Of a DNA stretch of 60,107 bases, positions 36,401 through 45,285 are shown piece after piece. A model generated the notes under the pieces. That model was not told where the DNA came from, made no database searches, and worked only from the letters and a program-made list of their open reading frames with translations. The stretch is taken from contig JBBTQS010000003.1 in the NCBI GenBank assembly GCA_038065555.1, forward strand, positions 92,266 through 152,372, read 5' to 3'. The translations under genes were made by a program, and so were the position numbers. The stretch comes from Patescibacteria group bacterium. GTDB taxonomy: Bacteria; Patescibacteriota; Patescibacteriia; Magasanikbacterales; JBBTQS01. How positions within the stretch are numbered: the first letter of the stretch is position 1; the number at the start of each line of letters is the position of its first letter.

Positions 36401-36787
36401 CTAGCCGGTCGCTGTGAGTCTGTCGAAGACAAAGTTCACAATGACGTAGCTACTAAATATTACCACAAGTCCGAGCACGGCCCAAACAAATACATTGCGA
36501 CCCTCTTCTACCTTGCTGGAATTTCCCGCAGAAGTGAGCCACAAAATTCCGCCGTACAAGAACAGCACCAACGCAATGATACCTACAATACCGAGAAATG
36601 CTTTGATCACTCGTGACACGAGATCTTCGATTGGTGCGTCGGTGTTGAGGTTGAGCGGATCTACAAGTACAGGTGCTTCAGCAGGAGCTTCTGGTGCAGG
36701 AACGCCAGCTTGCGCAAGTGCGATCGACGGTGCAACTGCGAAGAATGCGACAGCAAGTGCGATGAAGAGAGATTTGATCTGTTTCAT
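36401..36787 (-). CDS. VirB2/TrbC-like pilin family protein, paralogue D
   Basis: Signal ...SIALAQA; core VSRVIKAFLGIVGIIALVLFLYGGILWLTSAGNSSKVEEGRNVFVWAVLGLVVIFSSYVIVNFVF. Confidence 0.75.
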   Translation of the reverse strand: MKQIKSLFIALAVAFFAVAPSIALAQAGVPAPEAPAEAPVLVDPLNLNTDAPIEDLVSRVIKAFLGIVGIIALVLFLYGGILWLTSAGNSSKVEEGRNVFVWAVLGLVVIFSSYVIVNFVFDRLTATG

Positions 36788-36794
36788 AATGAGA

Positions 36795-37592
36795 TTACTG
36801 GGTGACGACGCCGCACGTTGCATTGCTCATGTAGAGCGCGTATTCCTGCTGCACAATAGTGTCGGTAGCGCCTGGATCCTCGGCATCACGCTGTGACTTG
36901 AGCCAGTTCGTGTAGTGGCTCTTGCACGTTGCGACATTCACGAGCGGATTGGCACCAGGCTTGCCGGTGAAATTCTTCTCAGCAACTTGTGCACCGCTGA
37001 TTCCTGTGACTTTGCAGTTGCACACGGTCTGCTGCTGCTCTTGCGCGTCGGTGGTGTAGTTGCCGTTGGTGCCGGTGCTGTTGCCCTCGATAGGAAGTGA
37101 GTTGTAGATGTTGGGATCAGCGCCTAGTGTGGTCAGGAATACCTTCACAATGGCGCCAGCGCTGAAGATCAAGATGAGCCCAATGAGGGAACCAGTCATC
37201 ACAGCGCGACCATGTTCTACAGAGCTCGAGTTGCCGGCTGACATGAGCCAAACCGCACCGCCGTAGATGAACATGACGAGCACAACTACGCCGATTATAC
37301 CAAAGATCCAGTTGCCAATTCCAATGGCGGTGTTCTTGATATCATCGAGCGAATAGTTGCATGGAATGTTGGTGCCGACACACAGACCATCTGGACCACA
37401 GGTGTTCGCTGTAGCAACAGGTGCTGCAGGATCAGTTCCGTTTGCAGGTGCAGCGTTGCTCACTGTTGATGGGCAGGAGCCAGTTGGCTTGAGTAGAAGT
37501 GGTGCAGCGTGTGTCGTCAGAGGCAGGAAGAGCGCGAGCGCTAGAACAGAGACGCTTACAAGTGCGCTCACACGTGAGAAAAAGGTACGCAT
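36795..37592 (-). CDS. VirB2/TrbC-like pilin family protein, paralogue E, with Cys-rich N- and C-terminal extensions
   Basis: 265 aa. It has the same two-TM core (IGNWIFGIIGVVVLVMFIYGGAVWLMSAGNSSSVEHGRAVMTGSLIGLILIF) plus 8 Cys in flanking extracellular segments. Confidence 0.7.
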   Translation of the reverse strand: MRTFFSRVSALVSVSVLALALFLPLTTHAAPLLLKPTGSCPSTVSNAAPANGTDPAAPVATANTCGPDGLCVGTNIPCNYSLDDIKNTAIGIGNWIFGIIGVVVLVMFIYGGAVWLMSAGNSSSVEHGRAVMTGSLIGLILIFSAGAIVKVFLTTLGADPNIYNSLPIEGNSTGTNGNYTTDAQEQQQTVCNCKVTGISGAQVAEKNFTGKPGANPLVNVATCKSHYTNWLKSQRDAEDPGATDTIVQQEYALYMSNATCGVVTQ

Positions 37593-37597
37593 AGGTG

Positions 37598-39022
37598 TTA
37601 GAGCGTTTGGTTGACGCGGTTGACCGCGCGATTGATCGCATTCTCAAATGCTTCGCGCGGATCGATCGGCGCGTTGGCGAGTGCTTCTTCGATCATGTCG
37701 CGCATGATGGCTTCCATTGCTGCGCTGTCTTTGCCACGGTACCAACTCTTTGCGGTGAGGAGCTGCTGCGCAAATGGAATACGCTGTGGTACTTGTTCGT
37801 CCTTGATCTGCACATCGATAAGTTCGCGGAGTGCGGTTGGACGCTTGGTCTTTGCGAGATACTTCTGTGTATTTTCCTTTCGTGTGGTTGCAAAGAGGAG
37901 GAAGTCCCATGTTTCGTTCGGGTACTTTGTCTTCTTCGAGACTGTCTCGAGATAGTATGACGCCATGTTCACACTTGCATCTCCGCGAGGCTGGAGAACA
38001 GTGGAGATGGAGTAGTTGAGCTTGGGCGCGCGCGCCGCGAGAAGTTCGATGTGGTAGTTGTAGCCGAAGAAGAACGCAGTCTTGCCATCAGCAAATGCTT
38101 CAAAGCTCTCAGGCAACTTGCTGTTCCATGTGTAAATCGTCTCGAGAGGATTCGCGAACTCGGTGTACACCATGAGAGCTTCGATGCCTGGCGACACTTC
38201 GCGCTGCTTCACGAGTTCTGGTGGCGTGCTGTTGAATGTTGCGCGGCCGAAATCATCTGCCATGCGTGTACCGTTTTGCATCATCAAGAGCGAGACAATG
38301 TCACCTGCGCGGTTGATGTTGATTGCGGTTCCTAGCGCTGCGCCAGACTGCGCAATCGTGTCATCTTTGTTCACTTTGGTGATGAGCTTCACTGCGTTTT
38401 GCAGTTCATCCCAGTATTTGGGCGGCGTTGCAATTCCTGCTTGTGCGAGCAAGTCGTTGTTGTAGAACATGGCGAGCGTGTCGACGGAGAATGGTACGCC
38501 AAGAACTTTCTTCTCGAACTGGTTGCCTTTGGTACCCACAGCAACATCACGCACAGCATCTGTGGAGACTACATCAACAAAAATCTTCTTGAACGCGTTG
38601 ATGCTCGGCGTCTTGTAGCTCTCGAGAATTACTTTTGGTTCCTTTTTGATCGTGCCTTCCATTGTCATCTTTGGGATCTCGATGTTGGCTGGCATTGGGA
38701 GGATCTTGTTTGCGTATGCTCCTACCCAAGTATTATGAACCGTGAACAAATCTGGACCGCGGTCCTCGGCAAATGCCTCAAGAAGCGCCTTCTCGTATTC
38801 TTCGGGGCGGAATTTCTTGTACTGAATTTGGATATTGGGGTGAGACTGGCGGTATGCAGCGATAATTTCTGCAAAATCGTCAGAGTCATCGAACATGCGC
38901 CAGTATGTGAGAGTTACTGGCTTGTATCGGCTCGCTACTTCTTCCGAAGTCCCTTTGCAGCCCAGGCCGAGCATGGCAAGTGTCAGCGTAATAGCTGTGA
39001 TACGAAAGAACGAATTGCGCAT
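37598..39022 (-). CDS. ABC transporter substrate-binding lipoprotein (family 1, sugar-type)
   Basis: Lipobox LAMLGLGC and the usual family-1 SBP pattern. No permease or ATPase gene is adjacent. Confidence 0.8.
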   Translation of the reverse strand: MRNSFFRITAITLTLAMLGLGCKGTSEEVASRYKPVTLTYWRMFDDSDDFAEIIAAYRQSHPNIQIQYKKFRPEEYEKALLEAFAEDRGPDLFTVHNTWVGAYANKILPMPANIEIPKMTMEGTIKKEPKVILESYKTPSINAFKKIFVDVVSTDAVRDVAVGTKGNQFEKKVLGVPFSVDTLAMFYNNDLLAQAGIATPPKYWDELQNAVKLITKVNKDDTIAQSGAALGTAININRAGDIVSLLMMQNGTRMADDFGRATFNSTPPELVKQREVSPGIEALMVYTEFANPLETIYTWNSKLPESFEAFADGKTAFFFGYNYHIELLAARAPKLNYSISTVLQPRGDASVNMASYYLETVSKKTKYPNETWDFLLFATTRKENTQKYLAKTKRPTALRELIDVQIKDEQVPQRIPFAQQLLTAKSWYRGKDSAAMEAIMRDMIEEALANAPIDPREAFENAINRAVNRVNQTL

Positions 39023-39026
39023 AGGA

Positions 39027-39899
39027 CTAGGGGTGAGAGAGATACTTCGTGAACGCTTTGCCGATTTCGGGGTGTTGCTTGCCCAGTTCGACGGTTGCCT
39101 TCAAGAATTCAAGTTTGTTACCGCAATCATACCACGTTCCTTCGAATGCGTGTGCGTACATTGGATGGATTTTGATGTACTCGTGGTATGCGTTGGAGAG
39201 GCGGATCTCTCCATCTTTGGTTGGGGCAAGATTCGCGAGGATTTCAAAAATATCTGGGGTGATGATGTAGCGTCCGATGACTGCGAGATTGCTCGGTGCG
39301 TGTCCGTGCGCAGGTTTCTCAACCATTTTCTTGACGCGGAAGGATCCGTGTCCTACGTCTTCACCGTCGATGACGCCGTAATTATGGAGTTCGTCTTCTG
39401 GTTTTGCTGCAACTCCTACAACCGGAGCGCCGTACTTCTCGTATACATCCATGAGCTGCTTGATTGCAGGAATTTTGCCGCCCACAATGTCGTCACCGAA
39501 GAAAACAGCACACGGCTCATCTCCAACTAATTCGCGTGCGCAGAGAATTGCGTCGCCATCACCCTTGGGCGAGCGCTGGCGCACGTACACGAACTGTGCG
39601 AGATCGGTAATATCGAGAATTTGGCCGAGGGTTTCTTTCTTGCCCTTCTTCTCTAGACGATATTCGAGCTCGAAGTTGCGGTCAAAATGATCCTCGATAG
39701 CGCGTTTGTTCTGGCTGGTGATGAAGATAATCTGCTCAATGCCAGCAGCAGCAGCTTCCTCTACGATGTACTGAATAATTGGCTTGTCGACGATGGTGAG
39801 CATTTCCTTGGGCTGCGCTTTGGTGGCAGGAAGAAAACGGGTACCAAGACCAGCAACGGGAATAATCGCCTTGCGAACGCGAGATTGGGGCATATACAA
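39027..39899 (-). CDS. galU: UTP--glucose-1-phosphate uridylyltransferase
   Basis: KAIIPVAGLGTRFLPATKAQPKEMLTIVDKPIIQYIVEEA... Confidence 0.93.
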   Translation of the reverse strand: MYMPQSRVRKAIIPVAGLGTRFLPATKAQPKEMLTIVDKPIIQYIVEEAAAAGIEQIIFITSQNKRAIEDHFDRNFELEYRLEKKGKKETLGQILDITDLAQFVYVRQRSPKGDGDAILCARELVGDEPCAVFFGDDIVGGKIPAIKQLMDVYEKYGAPVVGVAAKPEDELHNYGVIDGEDVGHGSFRVKKMVEKPAHGHAPSNLAVIGRYIITPDIFEILANLAPTKDGEIRLSNAYHEYIKIHPMYAHAFEGTWYDCGNKLEFLKATVELGKQHPEIGKAFTKYLSHP

Positions 39900-39938
39900 A
39901 AAGATATCGCCCCAAGTATAGCAAAAAATCGCGCAGTA

Positions 39939-40517
39939 TCAAAGCATTTTTTTCGCCAGTCGCACGAGTGCTAGCCCCATGAATTCCTCAGGGATCTCTC
40001 CTGTGAGTCCCATGCGTGCGGCTCGGGTGAGCGAGACTGTGTGTACTTCGATCTTTTCATCAATGTCCTGGGGGAGATGCGAAGGCGTGAGACCGTGTGC
40101 GGCGAAGAGATAGGTTGGTGCAACAATAGACGCGCCGGAGTATCGTTGGTAGATGAGGCGAAGGGTTCGGGCGCGATATCCTGCTTCTTCTTGGAGTTCT
40201 CGCTGCATTGCTGTACGCAGTATTGGCATTGGGATACGCTCGAATCTCGGTGTTGGCGCTGCTTCTTCGTTATCGATGCGGCCCCAAGGCAATCGCCACT
40301 CCCATGCATTGTTGAGTGCGCGCCATTCGCGCAAGAGAATAATGCGCGCAGGACTCACGTACGCGACTGCTGCGACCGATGGGTACCGATATGCGCGTTC
40401 GTAGAGTACCGTCTGCCCATCTGCAATGGTCCGAGGCTCGTGACGTACCGTGAATAATTTGCCGTCGTACACTGTTTTTGATTGTGTGAGCGCGTTTGCC
40501 ATATAGGGTATTGTCAT
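39939..40517 (-). CDS. NUDIX hydrolase (ADP-ribose pyrophosphatase-like)
   Basis: Nudix-box remnant ...GRIDNEE...(insert)...AMQRELQEEAGY, with the ADPRase-like N-terminal layout YDGKLFTV. Confidence 0.65.
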   Translation of the reverse strand: MTIPYMANALTQSKTVYDGKLFTVRHEPRTIADGQTVLYERAYRYPSVAAVAYVSPARIILLREWRALNNAWEWRLPWGRIDNEEAAPTPRFERIPMPILRTAMQRELQEEAGYRARTLRLIYQRYSGASIVAPTYLFAAHGLTPSHLPQDIDEKIEVHTVSLTRAARMGLTGEIPEEFMGLALVRLAKKML

Positions 40518-40550
40518 GCGAGACGTGCATCTTTGTCAAAAAATGCTACA

Positions 40551-41306
40551 ATGATTCCAAACACTATGACATTCAAAAATTTCCTCATTCTCACGGGTAT
40601 CGTTGGTGTTGCATTCATCATTGGGCTGACGGTGCACGGAGCATTTCTGGCATCACGTACTGATGACGGCAGCATGATCACGGTTACAGGTTCGACCAAG
40701 ATGCGCATCACCTCAGATATGGGGAAGTGGGTTGCGTCGTTCTCGCGTTCGGCAACTCCAGTCACACTCAAGCAGGAGATTGAGGCGATTGGTCGCGACA
40801 TGGACAAGGTGCGCGCATTTGCGGTGTCACTCGGACTCGACGCTGCGTCTGTGACAGTGCTGCCTATTAGCACAGACCCAGTGTACGAGCCAATTGCGGG
40901 CGGATATGGCACCACACAGAACGTCATTGGATATGTAGTGCGTCAGGAAGTACGAATTGAGAACAAAGATATTGAAAAAGTAGAACGCCTGGGCAAAGAA
41001 ACCAAGAAGCTAATTGACCAGGGTGTTGTGCCTCAGTTCCAGCGTACTGAATATTTCTATACACAGCTCGATGCACTACGTCCTCGTCTCTTTGCTGACG
41101 CAACAAGTGACGCGCGGATGCGTGCGGCGGCCATTGCAAGTGGTACAGAAGTGGAAGTAGGGGAACTACGCAGCGCACGCACTGGTATTATTCAAATTCT
41201 TGCGCCAAACTCCACAGACATTTCAGATTACGGCTCATACGACACCACCACAAAGGAGAAAGATATTTCTGCAACAGTTACAGTGACATTCGAACTCGAA
41301 GATTAG
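40551..41306 (+). CDS. SIMPL (DUF541)-like domain protein, membrane-anchored
   Basis: N-terminal TM helix, then ITVTGSTKMRITSD... and a two-lobed alpha/beta pattern typical of SIMPL. Confidence 0.6.
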   Translation: MIPNTMTFKNFLILTGIVGVAFIIGLTVHGAFLASRTDDGSMITVTGSTKMRITSDMGKWVASFSRSATPVTLKQEIEAIGRDMDKVRAFAVSLGLDAASVTVLPISTDPVYEPIAGGYGTTQNVIGYVVRQEVRIENKDIEKVERLGKETKKLIDQGVVPQFQRTEYFYTQLDALRPRLFADATSDARMRAAAIASGTEVEVGELRSARTGIIQILAPNSTDISDYGSYDTTTKEKDISATVTVTFELED

Positions 41307-41330
41307 TGTGCGTGATGTGCGTATATAATC

Positions 41331-41360
41331 AAACACCCGCTCTTTTGGGAGCGGGTGTTT
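41331..41360. terminator. Bidirectional terminator
   Basis: 12-bp stem AAACACCCGCTC/GAGCGGGTGTTT with loop ttttgg. Confidence 0.65.
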
Positions 41361-41381
41361 GATTTCGCATCGCGCGATTGA

Positions 41382-41537
41382 TTATCCCTTGAATGGATTT
41401 TCGCCACGGATGACGCGCAACAGTACCAGAACGATCGCGACTACCAATAGAATGTGGATGAATCCGGAAAGGGTGAATGCTGTTACCACACCCAGGAGCC
41501 ACAATACGATGAGAATAATTGCGATGGTCGTCAACAT
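41382..41537 (-). CDS. lmo0937-family small membrane protein (51 aa), absent from the ORF track
   Basis: Minus-strand translation MLTTIAIILIVLWLLGVVTAFTLSGFIHILLVVAIVLVLLRVIRGENPFKG, with two TM helices and the typical ...WLLG...IH.LLV...RG end. It explains the spurious 41359..41565 plus-strand ORF. Confidence 0.65.
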   Translation of the reverse strand: MLTTIAIILIVLWLLGVVTAFTLSGFIHILLVVAIVLVLLRVIRGENPFKG

Positions 41538-41640
41538 AAAATGGGGGTTAAAGGTAACAGTTTGACCTTTGGTATAAGTATACGTCCATCCTTTGGATCC
41601 TGCTATGGGAGCGGATCTTGACTCTGACGTTGCGTCAATA

Positions 41641-42207
41641 TCATCCTAGCAACCCAATCGCTCGCAATTGGCGCTTGCATTCTCGGAAATCTGGAACGCA
41701 TTGCGCGACGCGTTCCCAAAATGCGGGTGAGTGATTGAACTCTCGCAAATGACAGAGCTCGTGGACAACGATGTAGTCGACGAGATGCGGCGGAAGGAGC
41801 GCAATGCGGTAGTTGAAATTGAGATTGCCTGTTTTGGAGCAACTACCCCAGCGTGTTCGTTGGTTCCTGATGCTCACTCGGTGAAAGACAAAACCGTAGT
41901 GCGTATTGAATTTGGCAATGCGGGATTCTGCGAGTTCACGCGCTTGTAGTCGGAATCGTTTGATCTCAGTTGCGGTGTGCTTGGGAACGGCAGCGCGAGG
42001 TGATGCACTGACACGATCGAGTTGCGCGAGCACCCAATCAGATTTGCTGAGCAAAAATTGTTCTACCATTCGTACCGAAATACGCGGAGGTGCCGAGAGG
42101 GCGACACGACCGTCGATATGGATTGCAATTTTGATCGAGCGGCTGCGGCGATAGGTGCGAAGTGAATATTCGACTACGCGGGAGCCAACACGTATCTGCC
42201 GGATCAT
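41641..42207 (-). CDS. YgjP-like metallopeptidase (DUF45, M48-related)
   Basis: ...RTRWGSCSKTGNLNFNYRIALLPPHLVDYIVVHELCHLREFNHSPAFW... Confidence 0.8.
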   Translation of the reverse strand: MIRQIRVGSRVVEYSLRTYRRSRSIKIAIHIDGRVALSAPPRISVRMVEQFLLSKSDWVLAQLDRVSASPRAAVPKHTATEIKRFRLQARELAESRIAKFNTHYGFVFHRVSIRNQRTRWGSCSKTGNLNFNYRIALLPPHLVDYIVVHELCHLREFNHSPAFWERVAQCVPDFRECKRQLRAIGLLG

Positions 42208-42236
42208 GCGGGTGTGTGCACGACGAGACTACTCGA

Positions 42237-42473
42237 CTAGAGCAGTGTTGATTCAGTGGTGTCTGCTGCCAACTCCTCGTTGATTTCCTTTTTGATCACT
42301 TCGAATTCGTTTTCAATTTGTGCGAGACGGCTCTTGCTCTCTTTGATGAGGCCAGCGGCGGTCTTCACTTTCTTGAGCCCCTCTTCTACGTCGATTTCTT
42401 TTTGTGCATCGAACCAGTCAGCGATTTCGGTGAGTGCAGCGAGGTTCTTGTTGAGGTCGATCTCTTTGCTCAT
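42237..42473 (-). CDS. xseB: Exodeoxyribonuclease VII small subunit
   Basis: 78-aa helical protein with ...LAALTEIADWFD...DVEEGLKKVKTAAGLIKESKSRL.... It has a 4-nt overlap with xseA. Confidence 0.85.
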   Translation of the reverse strand: MSKEIDLNKNLAALTEIADWFDAQKEIDVEEGLKKVKTAAGLIKESKSRLAQIENEFEVIKKEINEELAADTTESTLL

Positions 42474-43648
42474 AGGGATTTGATTTCAGAAATAAGTTCT
42501 CCATCAGCTACTTGTACGTGGAGTGTAGCACCTGGTTGTACGTCGCGCACACTGCGAATGACGATGCCGTCTACGCGTGCGATACTGTAACCGAGTTGCA
42601 ATTGGCGTTCGGGGCTGTTGGAGTCAATGAGACGCGTTACTGCGGTGATTCGTGTGCTCACGTTGGTGATCGCTCCAGCGAGTGCTCCGAGTATCTCGCG
42701 CGCATTGCCGAGCATCAGACGACGCGACTGAACAATTTGTTGTTCAATCTTTGCAAGTCCCACGTCGCAAGTAGATGCAATCAAGAGTGATGCATTGCGT
42801 AGAGTTGCTCCATACGTACTCACAATTGCGCGCTCGTGACGAGCCAAATGTGCGGATGCTTGATCCCATGCACGACCAAGAAGCGCAGCAACAATAGATG
42901 GTGTGGACTCTTGTACATCAGCAACGAGTGCTGCAAGCGTAACATCTTGGTGATGCCCAACTCCTACGAGTACTGGTACAGGGAATCGTGCGATTTCTCG
43001 AACAAGCGATTCGTTGTCAAATCCTGCGAGCGACTGAATTGATCCACCACCGCGAATGAGCACGAGTACATCGATTGCTTCGTTGCGCATCGCACGCACG
43101 GAGAGCGCAAGTCCACTTCCACACTCCGGACCTTCTACGCGTGCATCGAGAATGCGCACGCGAAATCCTGATTTGCGCAGGTTGTTGCTGAAATCATGAA
43201 TCACTGCGCCGTGCACCGAAGTAATAACACCAATCGTGCGAATATACTGCGGGAGTGGTCGCTTGCGTGCAACATCGAATAATCCTTCTGCAGAGAGCTT
43301 CTTCTTGAGGAGTTGATATGCCTTGAGCAGTGCGCCTTCGCCAACAAGTGCGACAGTCTCTGCGATGAAGGTGAGTTTGCCGTATTCTCCTTTGTAATTA
43401 GGCTCGCCACTCACTCGTACTTCCATACCAACTTCGAGTTGCACTCCGCAAGTCGAGTAGCGGAATTTCCACATTGCGCAGGGGAGTGTGTCACCGCTTT
43501 GTTTGTCCTTGAGTGTGAAGTAGGCGTGGCCGCTGGCTGCAACCTTCAATTCGCTGACTTCACCAACAACAACTGCATGCAGCTGCTTGAGCGCGCCGTT
43601 GATGATGGCGACGTATTCTGCGATGGAGATGGGTTGCGTGAGTTCCAT
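42470..43648 (-). CDS. xseA: Exodeoxyribonuclease VII large subunit
   Basis: N-terminal OB fold (VVGEVSELKVAASGHAYFTLKD), catalytic core (GVITSVHGAVIHD...LIRGGGS) and a coiled-coil tail. Confidence 0.9.
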   Translation of the reverse strand: MELTQPISIAEYVAIINGALKQLHAVVVGEVSELKVAASGHAYFTLKDKQSGDTLPCAMWKFRYSTCGVQLEVGMEVRVSGEPNYKGEYGKLTFIAETVALVGEGALLKAYQLLKKKLSAEGLFDVARKRPLPQYIRTIGVITSVHGAVIHDFSNNLRKSGFRVRILDARVEGPECGSGLALSVRAMRNEAIDVLVLIRGGGSIQSLAGFDNESLVREIARFPVPVLVGVGHHQDVTLAALVADVQESTPSIVAALLGRAWDQASAHLARHERAIVSTYGATLRNASLLIASTCDVGLAKIEQQIVQSRRLMLGNAREILGALAGAITNVSTRITAVTRLIDSNSPERQLQLGYSIARVDGIVIRSVRDVQPGATLHVQVADGELISEIKSL

Positions 43649-43652
43649 GGTG

Positions 43653-44114
43653 TTACTTGAGGATTTGTACTGAGTGCGTTACCAAAAAGATTCCGCTAAT
43701 AGGGTATTTGCGCCAATGATCAGTGCTGAGTCGTTCGATAGGGGTCACTACACCCGAAGCTGTGATGCGCTGTCCGGCAGAAATCGTCGGCGAAAGTTGT
43801 GACATTGCCGAGAAATTAATCGCGTAATACGTACCATCGTCAGTCTGCATGCCAAATGCGCATTCCTCGGTCTGTGGACCATCGACGTTCACGTGAGGGA
43901 GACAGAGGTACACACCTGTAAGTGTTGCTGGCTGTGGCATGTCTGCGTCGATTGGGTCAGCATCAGGCACGAGCAAGAGATTGTCAGCTGATCCAGAACA
44001 GTCGCCGCACACAATACTGCGCTGCGACACAGCGTAGTACACTCCCAGCCCAACGCACACAGCGAGAAGCAGGATGGGGAGTAGTATCTTGGGTCGGTGT
44101 GCTGCTGTTGCCAT
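43653..44114 (-). CDS. Hypothetical membrane-anchored protein
   Basis: N-terminal TM helix (ILLPILLLAVCVGLGVYYAV); no family recognised. Confidence 0.5.
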   Translation of the reverse strand: MATAAHRPKILLPILLLAVCVGLGVYYAVSQRSIVCGDCSGSADNLLLVPDADPIDADMPQPATLTGVYLCLPHVNVDGPQTEECAFGMQTDDGTYYAINFSAMSQLSPTISAGQRITASGVVTPIERLSTDHWRKYPISGIFLVTHSVQILK

Positions 44115-44122
44115 AGGAGCGT

Positions 44123-44512
44123 TTAGGCAACCTTCATGAGGCTCATGTCGTGGTACACCGCTTCGACGTTGTTCCCATCGACGTCGAGCACAAATGCGCC
44201 GTAGTATCCAGCGTGGTATTCAACACGATATCCAGGTGCGCCATTGTCCTTGCCGCCAGCAGCGAGAGCTGCTGCGTGGAATGCGTTCACTTCTTCTTTG
44301 TTCTTTGCTGCAAATGCGATGTGCACCGCGGTTGCATGTGGTTGGCGCTCACTCGATGTGCTAATCCAGAAGAACGGTCGAGTGTCACCGAACCCAAAGT
44401 ATGAACCTGCTTCACCATGGAGTGGCTTGATCCCCAGTGGAGCAAGGGATTTCTCATAAAAAGACATACTGTCTGCAAAATCTTCAACATGGAGGCCAAC
44501 GTGGTCCAACAT
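44123..44512 (-). CDS. VOC (glyoxalase/bleomycin resistance) family protein
   Basis: MLDHVGLHVEDFADSMSFYEKSLAPLG...HIAFAA...GYYGAFVLDVDGNNVEAV. Start taken at the internal ATG 44510..44512. Confidence 0.8.
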   Translation of the reverse strand: MLDHVGLHVEDFADSMSFYEKSLAPLGIKPLHGEAGSYFGFGDTRPFFWISTSSERQPHATAVHIAFAAKNKEEVNAFHAAALAAGGKDNGAPGYRVEYHAGYYGAFVLDVDGNNVEAVYHDMSLMKVA

Positions 44513-44609
44513 AGTATTCACATTAGGAATTGATACCAAGAGCGTAGCATTCTTTGACGCCTGGCGCACGTCTGCTACTGTTGGTTCGTGCCAAAGGAGG
44601 GCACCAACC

Positions 44610-45224
44610 ATGGCAACCGTTCTTCCGAATGGGTGCATACTGCGCCCAGTGACATACGATGCAGTGCTCGCTGCGCAGGAGCGAGTGCTCAAAGGTACTC
44701 TGAGTCAGTACTTCCTTCCCGAGACCGAGTACACGGGAATTTGCCTCAGAACTGCGTTCGATGTGTTCTACGTTCATCCGCAACTCCTGACTCGTGCGAC
44801 GTACGACGCGCTGGAAGTAGTATCTCAAGATCCGCAAGTGGAGATCGTCTGGAATGGCGAAGTTCTGGAGCTCCATCGAGAGGGTGGAGGTATGCTCGCG
44901 ACAGCACGTGCACCGCGCGCTCCAGACCTCGTAAGCGTCGACTACCTCATTCTGCTGGCAGCGCAGGCGAACTTTCCAGGTGTATGTACCTGGGAGACTG
45001 AGTGTCAGGGAGTGGAGTCGTTCGCGCAGCTGTCTGTGCGAACGGCAGTGCTGATGCTCCCGAGCAACCCACATGGCATGCACGGTTCGAATGAGCCCGA
45101 ACTCTGGTGCGCGACCTGCTATGACGCGCATGCGCATGATGAGCAAGTCGCTGCACGTCTCATGATCGATGGGCGACGCATCGGATATCGCACACCCATC
45201 GCGCTCGAGCAGGTGCAGGACTGA
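44610..45224 (+). CDS. Hypothetical protein, 204 aa, GC3-rich
   Basis: Strong AAGGAGGG RBS (44594..44601) before ATG and a terminator downstream; preferred over the overlapping minus-strand ORF. Confidence 0.6.
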   Translation: MATVLPNGCILRPVTYDAVLAAQERVLKGTLSQYFLPETEYTGICLRTAFDVFYVHPQLLTRATYDALEVVSQDPQVEIVWNGEVLELHREGGGMLATARAPRAPDLVSVDYLILLAAQANFPGVCTWETECQGVESFAQLSVRTAVLMLPSNPHGMHGSNEPELWCATCYDAHAHDEQVAARLMIDGRRIGYRTPIALEQVQD

Positions 45225-45240
45225 ACGCGCATGTAAAACG

Positions 45241-45276
45241 AAAACACCGCCCCGGAGGAAGCGGTGTTTTGCTTTT
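45241..45276. terminator. Bidirectional terminator
   Basis: AAAACACCGC-cccggaggaa-GCGGTGTTTT followed by GCTTTT. Confidence 0.7.
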
Positions 45277-45285
45277 GTGCGAAGA

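Noticed and set aside
34980-37592. Possible repeat array or CRISPR-like periodicity in the pilin region
   Set aside because: The periodicity comes from paralogous protein-coding genes of 390-800 bp and not from short direct repeats with spacers. No CRISPR array is present anywhere in the window.
41359-41565. 68-aa plus-strand ORF
   Set aside because: It has a TTG start and no RBS. The opposite strand encodes a convincing lmo0937-type 51-aa membrane protein.
44523-45146. 207-aa minus-strand ORF competing with 44610..45224
   Set aside because: It has no RBS and a Cys/Arg/His-rich sequence. The plus-strand ORF has an AAGGAGGG RBS and a downstream terminator.
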